A model generated the notes under the pieces. It had not been told where the DNA came from and searched no databases. It saw only the letters and a list, made by a program, of their open reading frames with translations. Below are positions 50,804 through 60,735 of a stretch of DNA of 64,000 bases, piece by piece. The position numbers and the translations under genes were made by a program. Location of the stretch: the NCBI GenBank assembly GCA_046483725.1, contig JAWOCQ010000056.1, positions 9,298-73,297 on the forward strand, read 5' to 3'. Each line of letters starts with the position of its first letter. Position 1 is the first letter of the stretch. Source of the DNA: Candidatus Bipolaricaulota bacterium. GTDB lineage: Bacteria > Bipolaricaulota > Bipolaricaulia > Bipolaricaulales > Bipolaricaulaceae.

Positions 50804-52010
50804 GATTTCCGCACGCAGCTGTGCGGCCCCGGCCTCGCCCATCCGCCGCCTGTACCCGCTGGCCCGGCGGGCCAAACAAGCAGGAAAAAAAGTCTACCAT
50901 CTCAACATAGGCCAGCCCGATATACATACCCCAAAGGCCTTTCTCAAGGGGGTACGGGAGGCGGACATCGATGTGCTGGCTTATGCTCCCTCTCCCGGGC
51001 TGGACGTAGCGCTGGAGGCTTTGGCGGGCTACTACGCCGGCTGGGACATCCCCCTGCGGGAGGAGGAACTGTTGGTGACCACCGGGGGCTCCGAGGCAAT
51101 CACCTTCGCCCTCAATGTGACATGCGATCCAAGCGACCGTGTCCTGGTTCCCGAGCCCTTCTACCCCAACTACCAAGGGTACGCCCAGCTGACCAACGTG
51201 GAGATCACTCCATTGACGACCAGGCGAGAACAGGGGTTCCACCTTCCTCCCCGGCGGGACATCGAACGCCTGATCGACCGGAGAACAAGCGCACTGCTAT
51301 TCTCCCACCCGGGAAACCCCACTGGTGTAGTCTACAGCGAGCAAGAGCTGGCAACCCTAGTGGAGCTGGCCCTCAAGCATGACCTATTCATCATCGCCGA
51401 TGAGGTGTACCGGGAGTTCGTGTACGAGGGAACCCATCGCAGCCTTCTCTCCTTCCCGGAGGCGGCCGACCGAGTAATCCTGGTCGATTCCATTTCCAAG
51501 CGCCTATCAGCCTGTGGTGCCCGGGTGGGGGTGTTTGCCTCGCGAAATCAACAGGTAATGGAAGCGGCGAAGAAGTGTGCCACGATACGCCTCTCCGCGC
51601 CCACGTTCGGGCAGCTTGGGCTCGCGGAGTTCTTGGCCGATCCCGAGTACACCCAGATCATCGACAGCATGGTCCAGGAGTACCGACATCGCCGGACCGT
51701 GTTGTGCGACGCTCTAAGAGGGGTGCCCGGGGTTACGTTCCGTCGCCCTGAGGGGGCATTCTACATCATGGTGGGGCTTCCTGTTGCCGATGCGGAGGGT
51801 TTCATAAGCTGGATGCTGACAGACTTCCCCGGTGAAGAAACGGTGATGATGGCGCCGGGGGAGGGCTTCTACGCCACCCGGGGAGAGGGCCGAGACGAGG
51901 CCCGCATAGCCTATGTACTGAAGGAGGAGGACCTGCTGCGCGCTGTGGCTGCACTGGAGTGTGGACTGGAACTGTACCACGCTGCGGAGAGGGCCTCGGC
52001 ACGCGCTTAG
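50796..52010 (+). CDS. Pyridoxal-phosphate-dependent aminotransferase, class I (aspartate aminotransferase-like)
   Basis: IGQPD, NPTG and the PLP-lysine context DSISKRLSACGARVG. Confidence 0.9.
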   Translation: MPEISARSCAAPASPIRRLYPLARRAKQAGKKVYHLNIGQPDIHTPKAFLKGVREADIDVLAYAPSPGLDVALEALAGYYAGWDIPLREEELLVTTGGSEAITFALNVTCDPSDRVLVPEPFYPNYQGYAQLTNVEITPLTTRREQGFHLPPRRDIERLIDRRTSALLFSHPGNPTGVVYSEQELATLVELALKHDLFIIADEVYREFVYEGTHRSLLSFPEAADRVILVDSISKRLSACGARVGVFASRNQQVMEAAKKCATIRLSAPTFGQLGLAEFLADPEYTQIIDSMVQEYRHRRTVLCDALRGVPGVTFRRPEGAFYIMVGLPVADAEGFISWMLTDFPGEETVMMAPGEGFYATRGEGRDEARIAYVLKEEDLLRAVAALECGLELYHAAERASARA

Positions 52011-52018
52011 GGCCTCCC

Positions 52019-52897
52019 ATGCCCTCGCCGCAGGATAAGGAGCGACTGGATGTGCTTCTTGTCGCAAGCGGCTTTACCGCCTCCCGTAGCCGGGCACAGG
52101 CCCTCATTCGAGCAGGGCGGGTCAGGGTTGACGGAAAGCTCGTGGACAAGCCGGGAACGCGTGTTTCCACCAGCGCCCAACTAGGGGTGCACACCCCTCC
52201 GCGCTACGTCTCCCGCGGAGGGGAGAAGCTGGAAGCGGCGTTGAGCGCGTTCGATCTCGACCCCGGCGGCCTGGTGTGTCTCGATGTTGGAGCCTCCACC
52301 GGCGGTTTCACCGATTGCCTCCTGCAGCACGGCGCCGCTCGAGTGTACGCCGTGGATGTGGGCAAGGGGCTTCTGGACTGGAAGCTGCGAAACGATCCGC
52401 GAGTGGTGGTCCGTGAAGGACTAAACGCCCGTTACCTTGACACCCAACACATCCCGGAAGCCGTAGCGCTCGCCGCCGTGGATGTGGCTTTCATCTCCCT
52501 CCGCCTAGTGCTTCCCCCTATTGAGCCCTTGCTAAACCCAAAGGGCGAAGTGTTGGCACTCGTCAAACCCCAGTTCGAGGCCGGCCGAAGCCAGGTAAGA
52601 CGCGGGGGCGTCGTATGGGATCCGCAAGTTCACCTGGAGGTGTTGGAGAGCTTGCGCACTTTCGTGGCAGAGAAACTGGGTTGGGCTGTCAGCAACGCCG
52701 TAGCCTCTCCTCTTCCCGGACCGGCGGGCAACCTGGAGTTCTTCCTCCGTCTGTCCTCGGTGCGAGAGGAAAGCACCGACGCCGACCTTGATTTCACCAC
52801 GTTGGTGAACCGAGCCCACTCACAGCTGGCGCGATCGCCCGGCAGTCCCGCGCAAAGGGAGAGCGAACAGGGGGGCGGTTCTGCCGCCCCCCTATAA
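52019..52897 (+). CDS. tlyA: TlyA-family rRNA (cytidine-2'-O)-methyltransferase
   Basis: ATG at 52019. S4 domain (RLDVLLVASGFTASRSRAQALIRAGRV) and SAM motif CLDVGASTGGFTD. Confidence 0.9.
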   Translation: MPSPQDKERLDVLLVASGFTASRSRAQALIRAGRVRVDGKLVDKPGTRVSTSAQLGVHTPPRYVSRGGEKLEAALSAFDLDPGGLVCLDVGASTGGFTDCLLQHGAARVYAVDVGKGLLDWKLRNDPRVVVREGLNARYLDTQHIPEAVALAAVDVAFISLRLVLPPIEPLLNPKGEVLALVKPQFEAGRSQVRRGGVVWDPQVHLEVLESLRTFVAEKLGWAVSNAVASPLPGPAGNLEFFLRLSSVREESTDADLDFTTLVNRAHSQLARSPGSPAQRESEQGGGSAAPL

Positions 52898-52909
52898 CAT
52901 CCACGTCAC

Positions 52910-54013
52910 CTATATCAGCCGCAACATCAGCGAGACGCTGAACTCAGTCGATATGCGTGTGGCCTCCGCAGGCTTGGTAAGCCCTAGCTCAAGCGTGACG
53001 CTGGCGCCTCGTACCGGGAAGGCGACCGCCAAATTGGCCGAGGCGGTGTCCTCTGGCTCCTCTTCCCGCTCCTTCTCCCTTCTTAGAAGCAGTTGAGCAC
53101 TCACATCCAACGCCCCCGCCGTGTACTCATATGCCCCCGACAGGGTAGCAGTGTGCTTGTCTGCAATGTCTATGGGGCCTGCAATACCGGCTTCGAAAAG
53201 GATTTGGGATTCAGGAGCCGGGGGCAGGGCCATAGACGCCGAGCAGGAGAGCATGGTGTCTCCCGGGGCATCGCCGGCTTCGAGCACCTCATAGCTCAGC
53301 CCTCCCTGCACTGCCCAGCCGCAATGCCGCTCATCACCAGTGGCCAGCACGGTGTTCTCCATGGCAAGGACCGCGCGGGCGTCCACGCTCACCCCGGCCT
53401 CCTCCTCAATAGCGGTTACCAGTTCCTGAACCAGTTCGTCCACCGTCTCGTACTCCACCCTCTTTCCGATCTCCTCGGCGAGTGCCATCAGTGTTGCGTC
53501 AGGAAGTGAAGCCGGGATCTCCTCTCGTGCCAGCAGCATGGCCTCGATGCGCATGGCCTTGGCCAACGGGGTCACGTCGGTGAACCTCCCGTAGCCCAGC
53601 CCTGCGCTGACGTCCAACGCCGGGCCCGGCACATCCGTGTCAAGCCTCGTGTCAAACCCTGCGAAAGCAAAAAACGGCTGTTCCTCCTCGAAGTAGTATC
53701 GCAACGTCCCCTCCGAGTGGGCGCTGCCCCTGGAGATCTGCAGCTCGGAGAGCGTCAGCTCACCAAGGGCGCTCAGAGAGTAGCCCAAGCTCGGCGAGTC
53801 GTACAGACTGCTGTACTCCAACCGCGAGCGCCCGGAACTCACGTCCACCTCATCCGTAAATGCATCGTCGAAATATCGGTAGTTGAACGAAAGCCGCATC
53901 CGCGAGAGCGACGTAGTAGGTGAAATGTAGTCGCAAAGCGATAGCGCGCTTCCGGACACGACTACCGCCGCCAACACTGCTACTACACCAAACAGAACTC
54001 CAAAGCTTCTCAT
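52910..54013 (-). CDS. Hypothetical exported beta-strand-rich protein with a central helical insert
   Basis: ATG at 54013 after GGGAGGAGGAG; signal peptide. Alternating-hydrophobicity segments flank a helical acidic middle (VDELVQELVTAIEEEAG). Confidence 0.5.
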   Translation of the reverse strand: MRSFGVLFGVVAVLAAVVVSGSALSLCDYISPTTSLSRMRLSFNYRYFDDAFTDEVDVSSGRSRLEYSSLYDSPSLGYSLSALGELTLSELQISRGSAHSEGTLRYYFEEEQPFFAFAGFDTRLDTDVPGPALDVSAGLGYGRFTDVTPLAKAMRIEAMLLAREEIPASLPDATLMALAEEIGKRVEYETVDELVQELVTAIEEEAGVSVDARAVLAMENTVLATGDERHCGWAVQGGLSYEVLEAGDAPGDTMLSCSASMALPPAPESQILFEAGIAGPIDIADKHTATLSGAYEYTAGALDVSAQLLLRREKEREEEPEDTASANLAVAFPVRGASVTLELGLTKPAEATRISTEFSVSLMLRLI

Positions 54014-54181
54014 AATTCTCCTCCTCCCAGTTAAGTGGACACCAGTCCACCTACAACCATTATAGCAAACTGACGGCCAAGCCGAGCGAAGCAGGTCACA
54101 ATCGCTGCTTACCCTCATCCTGACCGCTCATCCCACAATACATAAAACGCGGGGCGAGTCAACTGCCCCGCAACGTGACAC

Positions 54182-54490
54182 GTGCCCCCTTCTCTCACTA
54201 CCATGGCCCCGGAGGTGATAGCTGTGGAAAGGCCATCAAGGCGTTTACTTTGCGCAGTTGGTGTTGCTGCGCCGCTGCTGAGCCTGGGCTGCGCGGCGCC
54301 CTCGCCGAAGCTCCCCGACCCGACAGAAGAATTCGCCCTTCCTGCTCCCGCGTTCTCGGGGACCGTCTCCGTGGAGCAGGCCATAGCCCACCGTCGGTCG
54401 GTGCGATCCTATTCGCCCCAGCCGTTGACGGTACAACAACTCGGCCAGCTGTTGTGGGCGGCCCGGCCGGGTGAGGTTCTATGTTGGTGA
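54182..54490 (+). pseudogene. N-terminal fragment of a nitroreductase-family lipoprotein (truncated at about 100 aa)
   Basis: Lipobox-like LLSLGC, then the typical nitroreductase N-terminus VEQAIAHRRSVRSYSPQPLTVQQLGQLLWAA. The frame then stops within the coaE start region. The remaining ~100-150 aa of the fold are absent. Confidence 0.45.
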
Positions 54491-55107
54491 TCGGTGTAGC
54501 CGGTCCAGCGGGCTCAGGGAAGTCCACTGTATGCCGCATGCTTGCCCACCGCTCGGGTGTCGCCTACATCAATTGTGATGAACTCGCCTGGGCCACCTAC
54601 CGCCACGGCGGGCCCAGCTACGCGCCGCTGGTCGCCCGTTTCGGGGAGGAGATACTAACCGAGGACGGAGCCGTGGACCGGGACCGTCTGGGCCGTGTGG
54701 CCCTGGGCGACCCTCAGGCAAAGGCGGACCTGGAGGCAATCGTCCACCCGGCCGTCATGGAGGAACTCCACCGCGCGGCCGCCGAACACAGCAAGCGAGG
54801 AACTGAGGTGGTGTTGGTGGAAGGGGCGCTGCTTTTGGCATCCCCCTACGTAGACAGAACGCTATTCGACGCCTTTGTCTGGCTATATGCTCCCGAGGAG
54901 GAGCGTCACAAGAGGCTTCTCTCTTCAGGACTGGAGGGAAGTACAGTGCGACGCAGGCTTGAGGCCCAAGGAGACTTGGCACCTCCGGTGGACCCTTCCG
55001 TGTACCCTGTGGACGCCTCCGGCCGCCCGGTACAGGCCGCTGATCGCATGTGGGACCTAATCCAGACGCTCAAGCAGAGTGGCTCCCAAGGTGCGGAGCA
55101 CCTCTAG
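54481..55107 (+). CDS. coaE: Dephospho-CoA kinase
   Basis: MLVIGVAGPAGSGKST P-loop; about 200 aa. Confidence 0.85.
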   Translation: MLVIGVAGPAGSGKSTVCRMLAHRSGVAYINCDELAWATYRHGGPSYAPLVARFGEEILTEDGAVDRDRLGRVALGDPQAKADLEAIVHPAVMEELHRAAAEHSKRGTEVVLVEGALLLASPYVDRTLFDAFVWLYAPEEERHKRLLSSGLEGSTVRRRLEAQGDLAPPVDPSVYPVDASGRPVQAADRMWDLIQTLKQSGSQGAEHL

Positions 55108-56502
55108 GTCTGAGTAGGGTTCGGGCCCGTCGGCTGTCACCTGACAGCGTTCATGTCCCTTTCCCGCAACCAACACGACGTCTCCCGGGCCGGCCAGCTC
55201 AAGCGCCCGCCGCAAGGCCGCCGTGCGGTCCAGATGAACCTCGTACTCACCGGACGCCGCGGTGACCCCTGCGGCTATCTGCCGCGCAATCTCCGCCGGT
55301 TCCTCGGACTTGGGGTTGTCGGAGGTGATGAGCACAGCATCCGCCCAACGCCCTGCGGCCTGGCCCATAAACGGCCGCTTGCCCCGATCCGCCTCCCCGC
55401 TGGCCCCAAATACGGCAAGCAGCCGGCGGGAGTGGGGACGAAGCTCCTTCAGCATGAGTTCCAAAGCAGCCGGTGTGTGCGCGTAGTCCACCACCACCTC
55501 GGCCCCCCGTGGTGCCCTCAGCCTAGTCCACCTCCCCAGGGGAAGGGATACGCGGTGCAGCCTGTCGGCGATATCCGCGGGCCTCTCTCCAAGCGCCCAG
55601 GCGCAGGCCCCGGCGGCCAGGGCATTGAACAGATTGTGTCGACCGGGCAACGGAAGGGTCACTGATCGCCTGTCCTTGGGGCTGACGAGTTGAAACATAG
55701 TTCCGCCCCCGCTTGGCTCTACGTTCTCCGCCGATAAGTGTCCCGCGTCCACTCCGAACGTCACGGTTCTGCCGCCGCCGGCACCACACACGGCCTTGTA
55801 GTGCGGATCTCCAGCGCCCACCACCACCCACCCTTCCGAGGTCAACATGCGAAACAGCCGGAGTTTGGCCGCCAAGTACGCCTCAGGGCTCCCGTGGTAA
55901 TCGAGATGGTCGCGGCCCAGGCCGGTGAACACAGCCGCCGCAAGCCGCATTCCGTCCACCCGCCGCTGGGCAAGCCCGATAGAGGATGCCTCAAAGGCAA
56001 ACGCTTGCCTGCCCCGGTTCACCGCCTGCGCCGCCAAGCGCTGCAGATCTGGGGCCTCCGGTGTGGTCACGCACGAAAGCCGCTCCGTCTCCATGGACAG
56101 GGTGGTCACGGTCTGGCACTCAGGGAGGAGCTGTCCCAAGAGGTGTACCACCGTGGACTTGCCGTCCGTTCCGGTTACGCCGACAGCGCGCAGCTTGCTC
56201 GTGGGGTGCCCATAGAACAGCGCCGCTGCGCGGGCCAGCGCTGAACGGCCGTCGGGCACCCGCAACACAGGGATTTCCAGTCCCGACACCCGCCTCTGGC
56301 ACACTACGGCCACCGCTCCCCGGCTCACCGCTTCGGAGATGAATGCATGCCCATCCGTCCGCCGCCCGGGAAGGGCGAAGAACAAGTCGCCTGGGTTCAC
56401 GCGGCGGGAGTCCCAGGCCAGGCCTTGCACTTCACGAACGCCATTCGTCCCCTGCGGCAGACACACGCCAAGCTCGCCGGCCAGTGCTCCCAGAGTACAC
56501 AC
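55057..56502 (-). CDS. murE: UDP-N-acetylmuramoyl-L-alanyl-D-glutamate--2,6-diaminopimelate ligase
   Basis: GVTGTDGKST and the Mur ligase central and C-terminal domains. DNPK-type substrate motif region (TSDNPKSE), a variant of the DNPR motif, so the diamino-acid specificity is assumed rather than shown. Confidence 0.9.
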   Translation of the reverse strand: MCTLGALAGELGVCLPQGTNGVREVQGLAWDSRRVNPGDLFFALPGRRTDGHAFISEAVSRGAVAVVCQRRVSGLEIPVLRVPDGRSALARAAALFYGHPTSKLRAVGVTGTDGKSTVVHLLGQLLPECQTVTTLSMETERLSCVTTPEAPDLQRLAAQAVNRGRQAFAFEASSIGLAQRRVDGMRLAAAVFTGLGRDHLDYHGSPEAYLAAKLRLFRMLTSEGWVVVGAGDPHYKAVCGAGGGRTVTFGVDAGHLSAENVEPSGGGTMFQLVSPKDRRSVTLPLPGRHNLFNALAAGACAWALGERPADIADRLHRVSLPLGRWTRLRAPRGAEVVVDYAHTPAALELMLKELRPHSRRLLAVFGASGEADRGKRPFMGQAAGRWADAVLITSDNPKSEEPAEIARQIAAGVTAASGEYEVHLDRTAALRRALELAGPGDVVLVAGKGHERCQVTADGPEPYSDLEVLRTLGATLLERLD

Positions 56503-56636
56503 AGGCTATGCTAGCCCCGGGCCAACATAGACAACGGGACACGCGGCACAAGCAGAACGGAAAATCAAGGCACAGGGGCCGGAGCGTTTGTGGAAAACCA
56601 CGCTGCTAGCTTAGTATCAAAAAGGGGGAGGCGATC

Positions 56637-58319
56637 ATGGGCGAAACCAGCCGGACGCAGCGGACGGTACAGGCACCCCGGGGCACTTCCTGCACATGCA
56701 AGGGCTGGCTCCAAGAAGCCGCCCTGCGTATGCTGATGAACAATCTGGACCCCCAAGTTGCCGGGGACCCGGCCAACCTGATCGTGTACGGGGGGACAGG
56801 CAAAGCGGCACGCTCCTGGGATGATTTCGATGTCATCGCGGGCGAGCTACGGGAGCTCGGGGACGACGAGACCTTGGTGGTGCAATCCGGACGGGCGGTA
56901 GCGCGCTTTCGTACGCACGGGGATGCCCCCCGCGTCCTCATTTCCAATTCGATGCTCGTGCCCGAGTGGGCCACCTGGGACATCTTCCGGGAGCTCGAGC
57001 GCAAGGGCCTCACCATGTATGGGCAGATGACAGCCGGATCATGGATCTACATCGGCACTCAAGGGATCCTCCAGGGCACCTATGAAACGTTGGCCGAGGT
57101 GGCACGGCAACACTTCGGCGGGAGTCTGCACGGCCGACTGGTGCTGACTGCAGGCCTTGGGGAGATGGGCGGCGCCCAGCCGCTTGCGGTAACGCTCAAC
57201 GACGGCGTGGCCCTTGTAGTAGAGATCAACCCGGACAAGATCGAACGCCGCCTGTCGCTGGGACACCTGGACACCTGGACCGACTCGCTGGACAAGGCAT
57301 TGGACCTGGCGCAAGAACACCGGACCCGCGGCGAGCCCATCTCCATCGGGCTTTTGGGCAACGCCGCCGATGTCCATCCAGAGCTCTTCCGCCGGGAGGT
57401 CATCCCCGATGTGGTCACCGACCAGACGGCGGCCCACGACGAGTTGCAGGGCTACGTGCCTGGCGGGATGACCTACGATGAGGCACTATCCCTGCGGGAG
57501 AAGGATCCGGCCAAGTATGTACACCTTTCCTACCAATCCATGAGCGAACACGTCCAGGCCATGTCCGCCTTCGCTGACGGGGGCGCGATCGTGTTCGACT
57601 ATGGAAACGCCCTCCGCGCTCAAGCACGCCATGGCGGGCTGAGCGAAGCGCAGGCGTTCTCCTTCCCCGGCTTCGTGGAGGCTTATATCCGCCCAATGTT
57701 CTGCGAGGGCAAGGGCCCGTTCCGCTGGGTCGCCCTGTCCGGCAATCCCGAGGACATCCTGGCCACAGATGAGGCTGTGCTGAGGCTGTTCCCCCAAGAT
57801 GAGGCGCTGGAGCGGTGGATCCGCCGGGCCCAAAGAGTAGTGCGACACCAGGGCCTTCCGGCCCGGATCTGCTGGCTGGGCTACGGGGAGAGAGCCGAAG
57901 CAGGCCTGGCGTTCAACGATCTTGTGAAGAGCGGGGCGGTGAAGGCGCCGCTTGTTATTGGGAGGGATCACTTGGACTCAGGCTCGGTGGCCTCCCCCTA
58001 CCGGGAGACCGAAGGGATGCAAGACGGGTCCGACGCCATCGCCGATTGGCCAATTCTGAATGCCCTGCTAAACGCGGTGTCCGGGGCCAGCTGGGTATCA
58101 GTGCACCACGGCGGCGGGGTAGGCATCGGCAAATCGATCCACGCCGGCATGGTGATCGTGGCCGACGGCAGCGAAGACGCCGCTCGACGACTTAAGCGGG
58201 TTCTCACCGTGGATCCCGGCCTAGGGGTGGCTCGCCACGCCGACGCCGGCTACGAGAAGGCCATCCGCGTGTCCAAAGAACGCGGGGTACACGTGCCGAG
58301 GTCCACACACAGTGAGTAG
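56637..58319 (+). CDS. hutU: Urocanate hydratase
   Basis: 560 aa. [29 protein letters not shown] and [18 protein letters not shown]. Confidence 0.95.
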   Translation: MGETSRTQRTVQAPRGTSCTCKGWLQEAALRMLMNNLDPQVAGDPANLIVYGGTGKAARSWDDFDVIAGELRELGDDETLVVQSGRAVARFRTHGDAPRVLISNSMLVPEWATWDIFRELERKGLTMYGQMTAGSWIYIGTQGILQGTYETLAEVARQHFGGSLHGRLVLTAGLGEMGGAQPLAVTLNDGVALVVEINPDKIERRLSLGHLDTWTDSLDKALDLAQEHRTRGEPISIGLLGNAADVHPELFRREVIPDVVTDQTAAHDELQGYVPGGMTYDEALSLREKDPAKYVHLSYQSMSEHVQAMSAFADGGAIVFDYGNALRAQARHGGLSEAQAFSFPGFVEAYIRPMFCEGKGPFRWVALSGNPEDILATDEAVLRLFPQDEALERWIRRAQRVVRHQGLPARICWLGYGERAEAGLAFNDLVKSGAVKAPLVIGRDHLDSGSVASPYRETEGMQDGSDAIADWPILNALLNAVSGASWVSVHHGGGVGIGKSIHAGMVIVADGSEDAARRLKRVLTVDPGLGVARHADAGYEKAIRVSKERGVHVPRSTHSE

Positions 58320-58346
58320 CTGAACACCTACCCGCCCTCAGCCACC

Positions 58347-59312
58347 TTACAACGCCTCGCGGGCGAGTTCGTGCGCCCAGCGCAATGGGCTAGGCTGTTC
58401 TGACGCCTGCGCCTGTCCGGCAACTACGTCCAACGCTGAGGCCAAATCGGTGCGGTGCCCTGGGGAGATGAACAGCGTGCGGTTGCGCCCCGTGCGCAGC
58501 GCAGCGGCGACAGTTTCCCCCTCCAAAACCACGGGACGCCATTCACCGATCGTCATCCCTGCGGTGTTGAAATCACCGCACAGCGGGCGCTTGGCCACCC
58601 CTACCGTGGGCACATCCAGAAGCAGCCCCAGATGACTGGCGATGCCCAACCGACGCGGATGCAGTATCCCATTTCCATCGACAAGCACGACGTCGGGAAC
58701 TCGGGCCGAGGCTCGCACCTCTTCCCACACCCGGAGGTAGGGGGGCAGCTCGCGCCACGCAAGGTACCCAGAGATGTAGGGAAACCGCACCTCGCAATCG
58801 GCCCACACGTAGTCCTCCAGCTGCCCATCAGAGGTACACAGAGCGCACACCGCCACCGCGCGGTCGTCGCGGTAGCCTATGTCCAGGCCACCCACGAGCG
58901 CCGGGCCCTCCAGGGGGTCGAAGCGCACCTTACCCGCCAGCTCATCTTGCTCCTCCCGCAGCCGTGCCAGAGGTCGATCGGCCCGGAAATCCCAGAAGAA
59001 ATACGCTCCCAGCGGCTCCACCCTGGTACCGACTACGTGCACGCCTTCCTCGCGGAGCTGAGCCATGTTCGGGCCCTGGTCGGCGAACCGCCCGCGGGCT
59101 ATCTCACCGCTGGCATACACTACGCGGTGTACAGGAAGCTCAGCGCCCTCGGGACCCGCCAGCCACATCCCGACAAACCGCGCCACCCCTGGGTCGCCCA
59201 GGGCATCGGCCAGCGCCTTGAACGTCGTCACCCGCCCGGCCGGCACCTGCTTTACCAAGCTCTGAAGCTGCTCGAGGATGCTCGGGACCGAAAGGAAGAT
59301 CTTCTGAGCCAC
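58347..59312 (-). CDS. nfi: Fusion of an alkyltransferase-like (MGMT DNA-binding domain, no acceptor Cys) domain with endonuclease V
   Basis: Residues ~15-100: GRVTTFKALADALGDPGVARFVG...LPVHRVV (PCHRV motif with Val for Cys). Residues ~125-321: GGLDIGY, FPYISGYLAWRE, LVDGNGILHPRRLGIASHLG and VGVAK (EndoV catalytic motifs). Confidence 0.85.
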   Translation of the reverse strand: MAQKIFLSVPSILEQLQSLVKQVPAGRVTTFKALADALGDPGVARFVGMWLAGPEGAELPVHRVVYASGEIARGRFADQGPNMAQLREEGVHVVGTRVEPLGAYFFWDFRADRPLARLREEQDELAGKVRFDPLEGPALVGGLDIGYRDDRAVAVCALCTSDGQLEDYVWADCEVRFPYISGYLAWRELPPYLRVWEEVRASARVPDVVLVDGNGILHPRRLGIASHLGLLLDVPTVGVAKRPLCGDFNTAGMTIGEWRPVVLEGETVAAALRTGRNRTLFISPGHRTDLASALDVVAGQAQASEQPSPLRWAHELAREAL

Positions 59313-59314
59313 AG

Positions 59315-59950
59315 CTAGCTACAGGAAGGACAACCGGGCAGCACACTCAGCTGCCTAGGAGGGGCGACGCTAACATTACCGTCATCATCGACTACTCGCA
59401 GCTCAATTGTGTATTCGCGCGTATATGAGCCTTCCACCACGTACCTATGCGCGACCGTCGGCTCGGAGGTGACGTTGACGGTTCCGTCACCGAAGTCCCA
59501 CTGGTACTCCACAATCTCCCCGCCGTCAGGATGGTGGCTCGCTGTAGCGTCGAAATACACCGTCCGCGGGGAGACAACGATACCGTATGACGCATCCATG
59601 GTGAACTCTGCCACCGGTGGTTTGCGGCGAACGATGACCTCCGTTTGCGCAGTAGATTTACGATTGCGCTCATCCACCACGGTCAGTTGCACCGTGTACG
59701 TCCCTCGCTCTTTGTACGTATGGCTTGCCTCCGGCCCGTTGGCCGTGGTTCCGTCGTCGAAGTCCCATTGGTACTCTACGATGTCGTTTCCCCCAAAGCC
59801 GGAGGCATCGAATTCCACCTCCAGCGGGCGGGGCCCTTCAGGCGGATACGGCGTCGTTACTATGTCACCGGCGGGCAGCTCCTGCCTCCAGCAACCTGTG
59901 AGGACCGCCGCGACGGCCATCAAAAGTACAACAGGAATAGCTTTTCTCAT
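59315..59950 (-). CDS. Lipoprotein with two PKD domains (paralog 3)
   Basis: Signal plus lipobox VLTGC. Two copies of the motif (VEYQWDFDDGT...HTYKERGTYTVQLTVVD; VEYQWDFGDGT...). C-terminal PGCPSCS. Confidence 0.8.
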   Translation of the reverse strand: MRKAIPVVLLMAVAAVLTGCWRQELPAGDIVTTPYPPEGPRPLEVEFDASGFGGNDIVEYQWDFDDGTTANGPEASHTYKERGTYTVQLTVVDERNRKSTAQTEVIVRRKPPVAEFTMDASYGIVVSPRTVYFDATASHHPDGGEIVEYQWDFGDGTVNVTSEPTVAHRYVVEGSYTREYTIELRVVDDDGNVSVAPPRQLSVLPGCPSCS

Positions 59951-60004
59951 GGTGAACTGAATTGTACGCCTGAGGGCCCCTCCTGTCCATCGTCACAACA
60001 GGAG

Positions 60005-60033
60005 AGGCGCCCCTTCCCCTCTAAGGGGCGCCT
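60005..60033 (-). terminator. Strong hairpin between PKD paralogs 2 and 3 (terminator or attenuator candidate)
   Basis: 11-bp stem AGGCGCCCCTT / AAGGGGCGCCT with a 7-nt loop. The minus-strand downstream sequence TCTCCTGTTGTG is only moderately T-rich. Confidence 0.45.
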
Positions 60034-60087
60034 GCTCCTCGTTGGGTTAGCGGCGCGGGCTCTCGTTACCTGCGTCCGCAACGACCT

Positions 60088-60735
60088 CTAGCGCCCGCAA
60101 CGACCTCCGGCGCAATCGTCCACAGTTACAGTTCGGCTGGTGCTTGCTTGTTCCCCCTCCTCGTCCTCCACCGTGAGACGGACGGTGTAGTCCCCGGATT
60201 GGGTGTACATATGGTCTGCGAACTCACCCTCTCCCGTATTCCCATCACCGAAATCCCAGCTCCAGCGCACAATCTCGTCGCCATCAGGGTCGGAGGAATC
60301 GCTGCCGTCAAAGCTCACTGTCTCATCCTCGAATGGGTCAAGCGGATAGAAGGAAAACGAGGCCACCGGGGGGTTGTTGAGCACACGCACTGTGGTACTG
60401 GCCCCTCCCACACCCGAGGGCCCCACCACCCTCAAGATCACGCTGTACTGACCCGGCTGGCTGAAGGTGTGCACTAACTCTTTCCCCGCGACGACTCCGG
60501 TGCCATCGTCGAACTCCCACAGATAGTCGCTGATGGATCCGTCGTTATCGTAGGAACCGCTCGCATCAAACGTAACCTCAAGCGGCGCCTGCCCCTGACG
60601 CGGTTCGGCAGAGATAATCGCGCTCACGGGGCCCGAGGGATTGTTGCCGTCTACACAGCCAGTCAGGAGGGCAACCGCAGTCAAACAGCCGATGGCGCAC
60701 ACCAGTTTGACCCTCCCCTTCAAAGGGCCTTGCAT
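60088..60735 (-). CDS. Lipoprotein with two PKD domains (paralog 2)
   Basis: Lipobox LLTGC; SDYLWEFDDGT...HTFSQPGQYSVILRV; VRWSWDFGDGN...HMYTQSGDYTVRLTVED. C-terminal DDCAGGRCGR. Confidence 0.8.
   Translation of the reverse strand: MQGPLKGRVKLVCAIGCLTAVALLTGCVDGNNPSGPVSAIISAEPRQGQAPLEVTFDASGSYDNDGSISDYLWEFDDGTGVVAGKELVHTFSQPGQYSVILRVVGPSGVGGASTTVRVLNNPPVASFSFYPLDPFEDETVSFDGSDSSDPDGDEIVRWSWDFGDGNTGEGEFADHMYTQSGDYTVRLTVEDEEGEQASTSRTVTVDDCAGGRCGR

Noticed and set aside
56637-58319. hutU without neighbouring hutH, hutI or hutG, considered as a possible unusual context.
   Set aside because: Scattered hut genes are common, and the other hut genes may be elsewhere in the genome. Nothing in the sequence itself is unusual.
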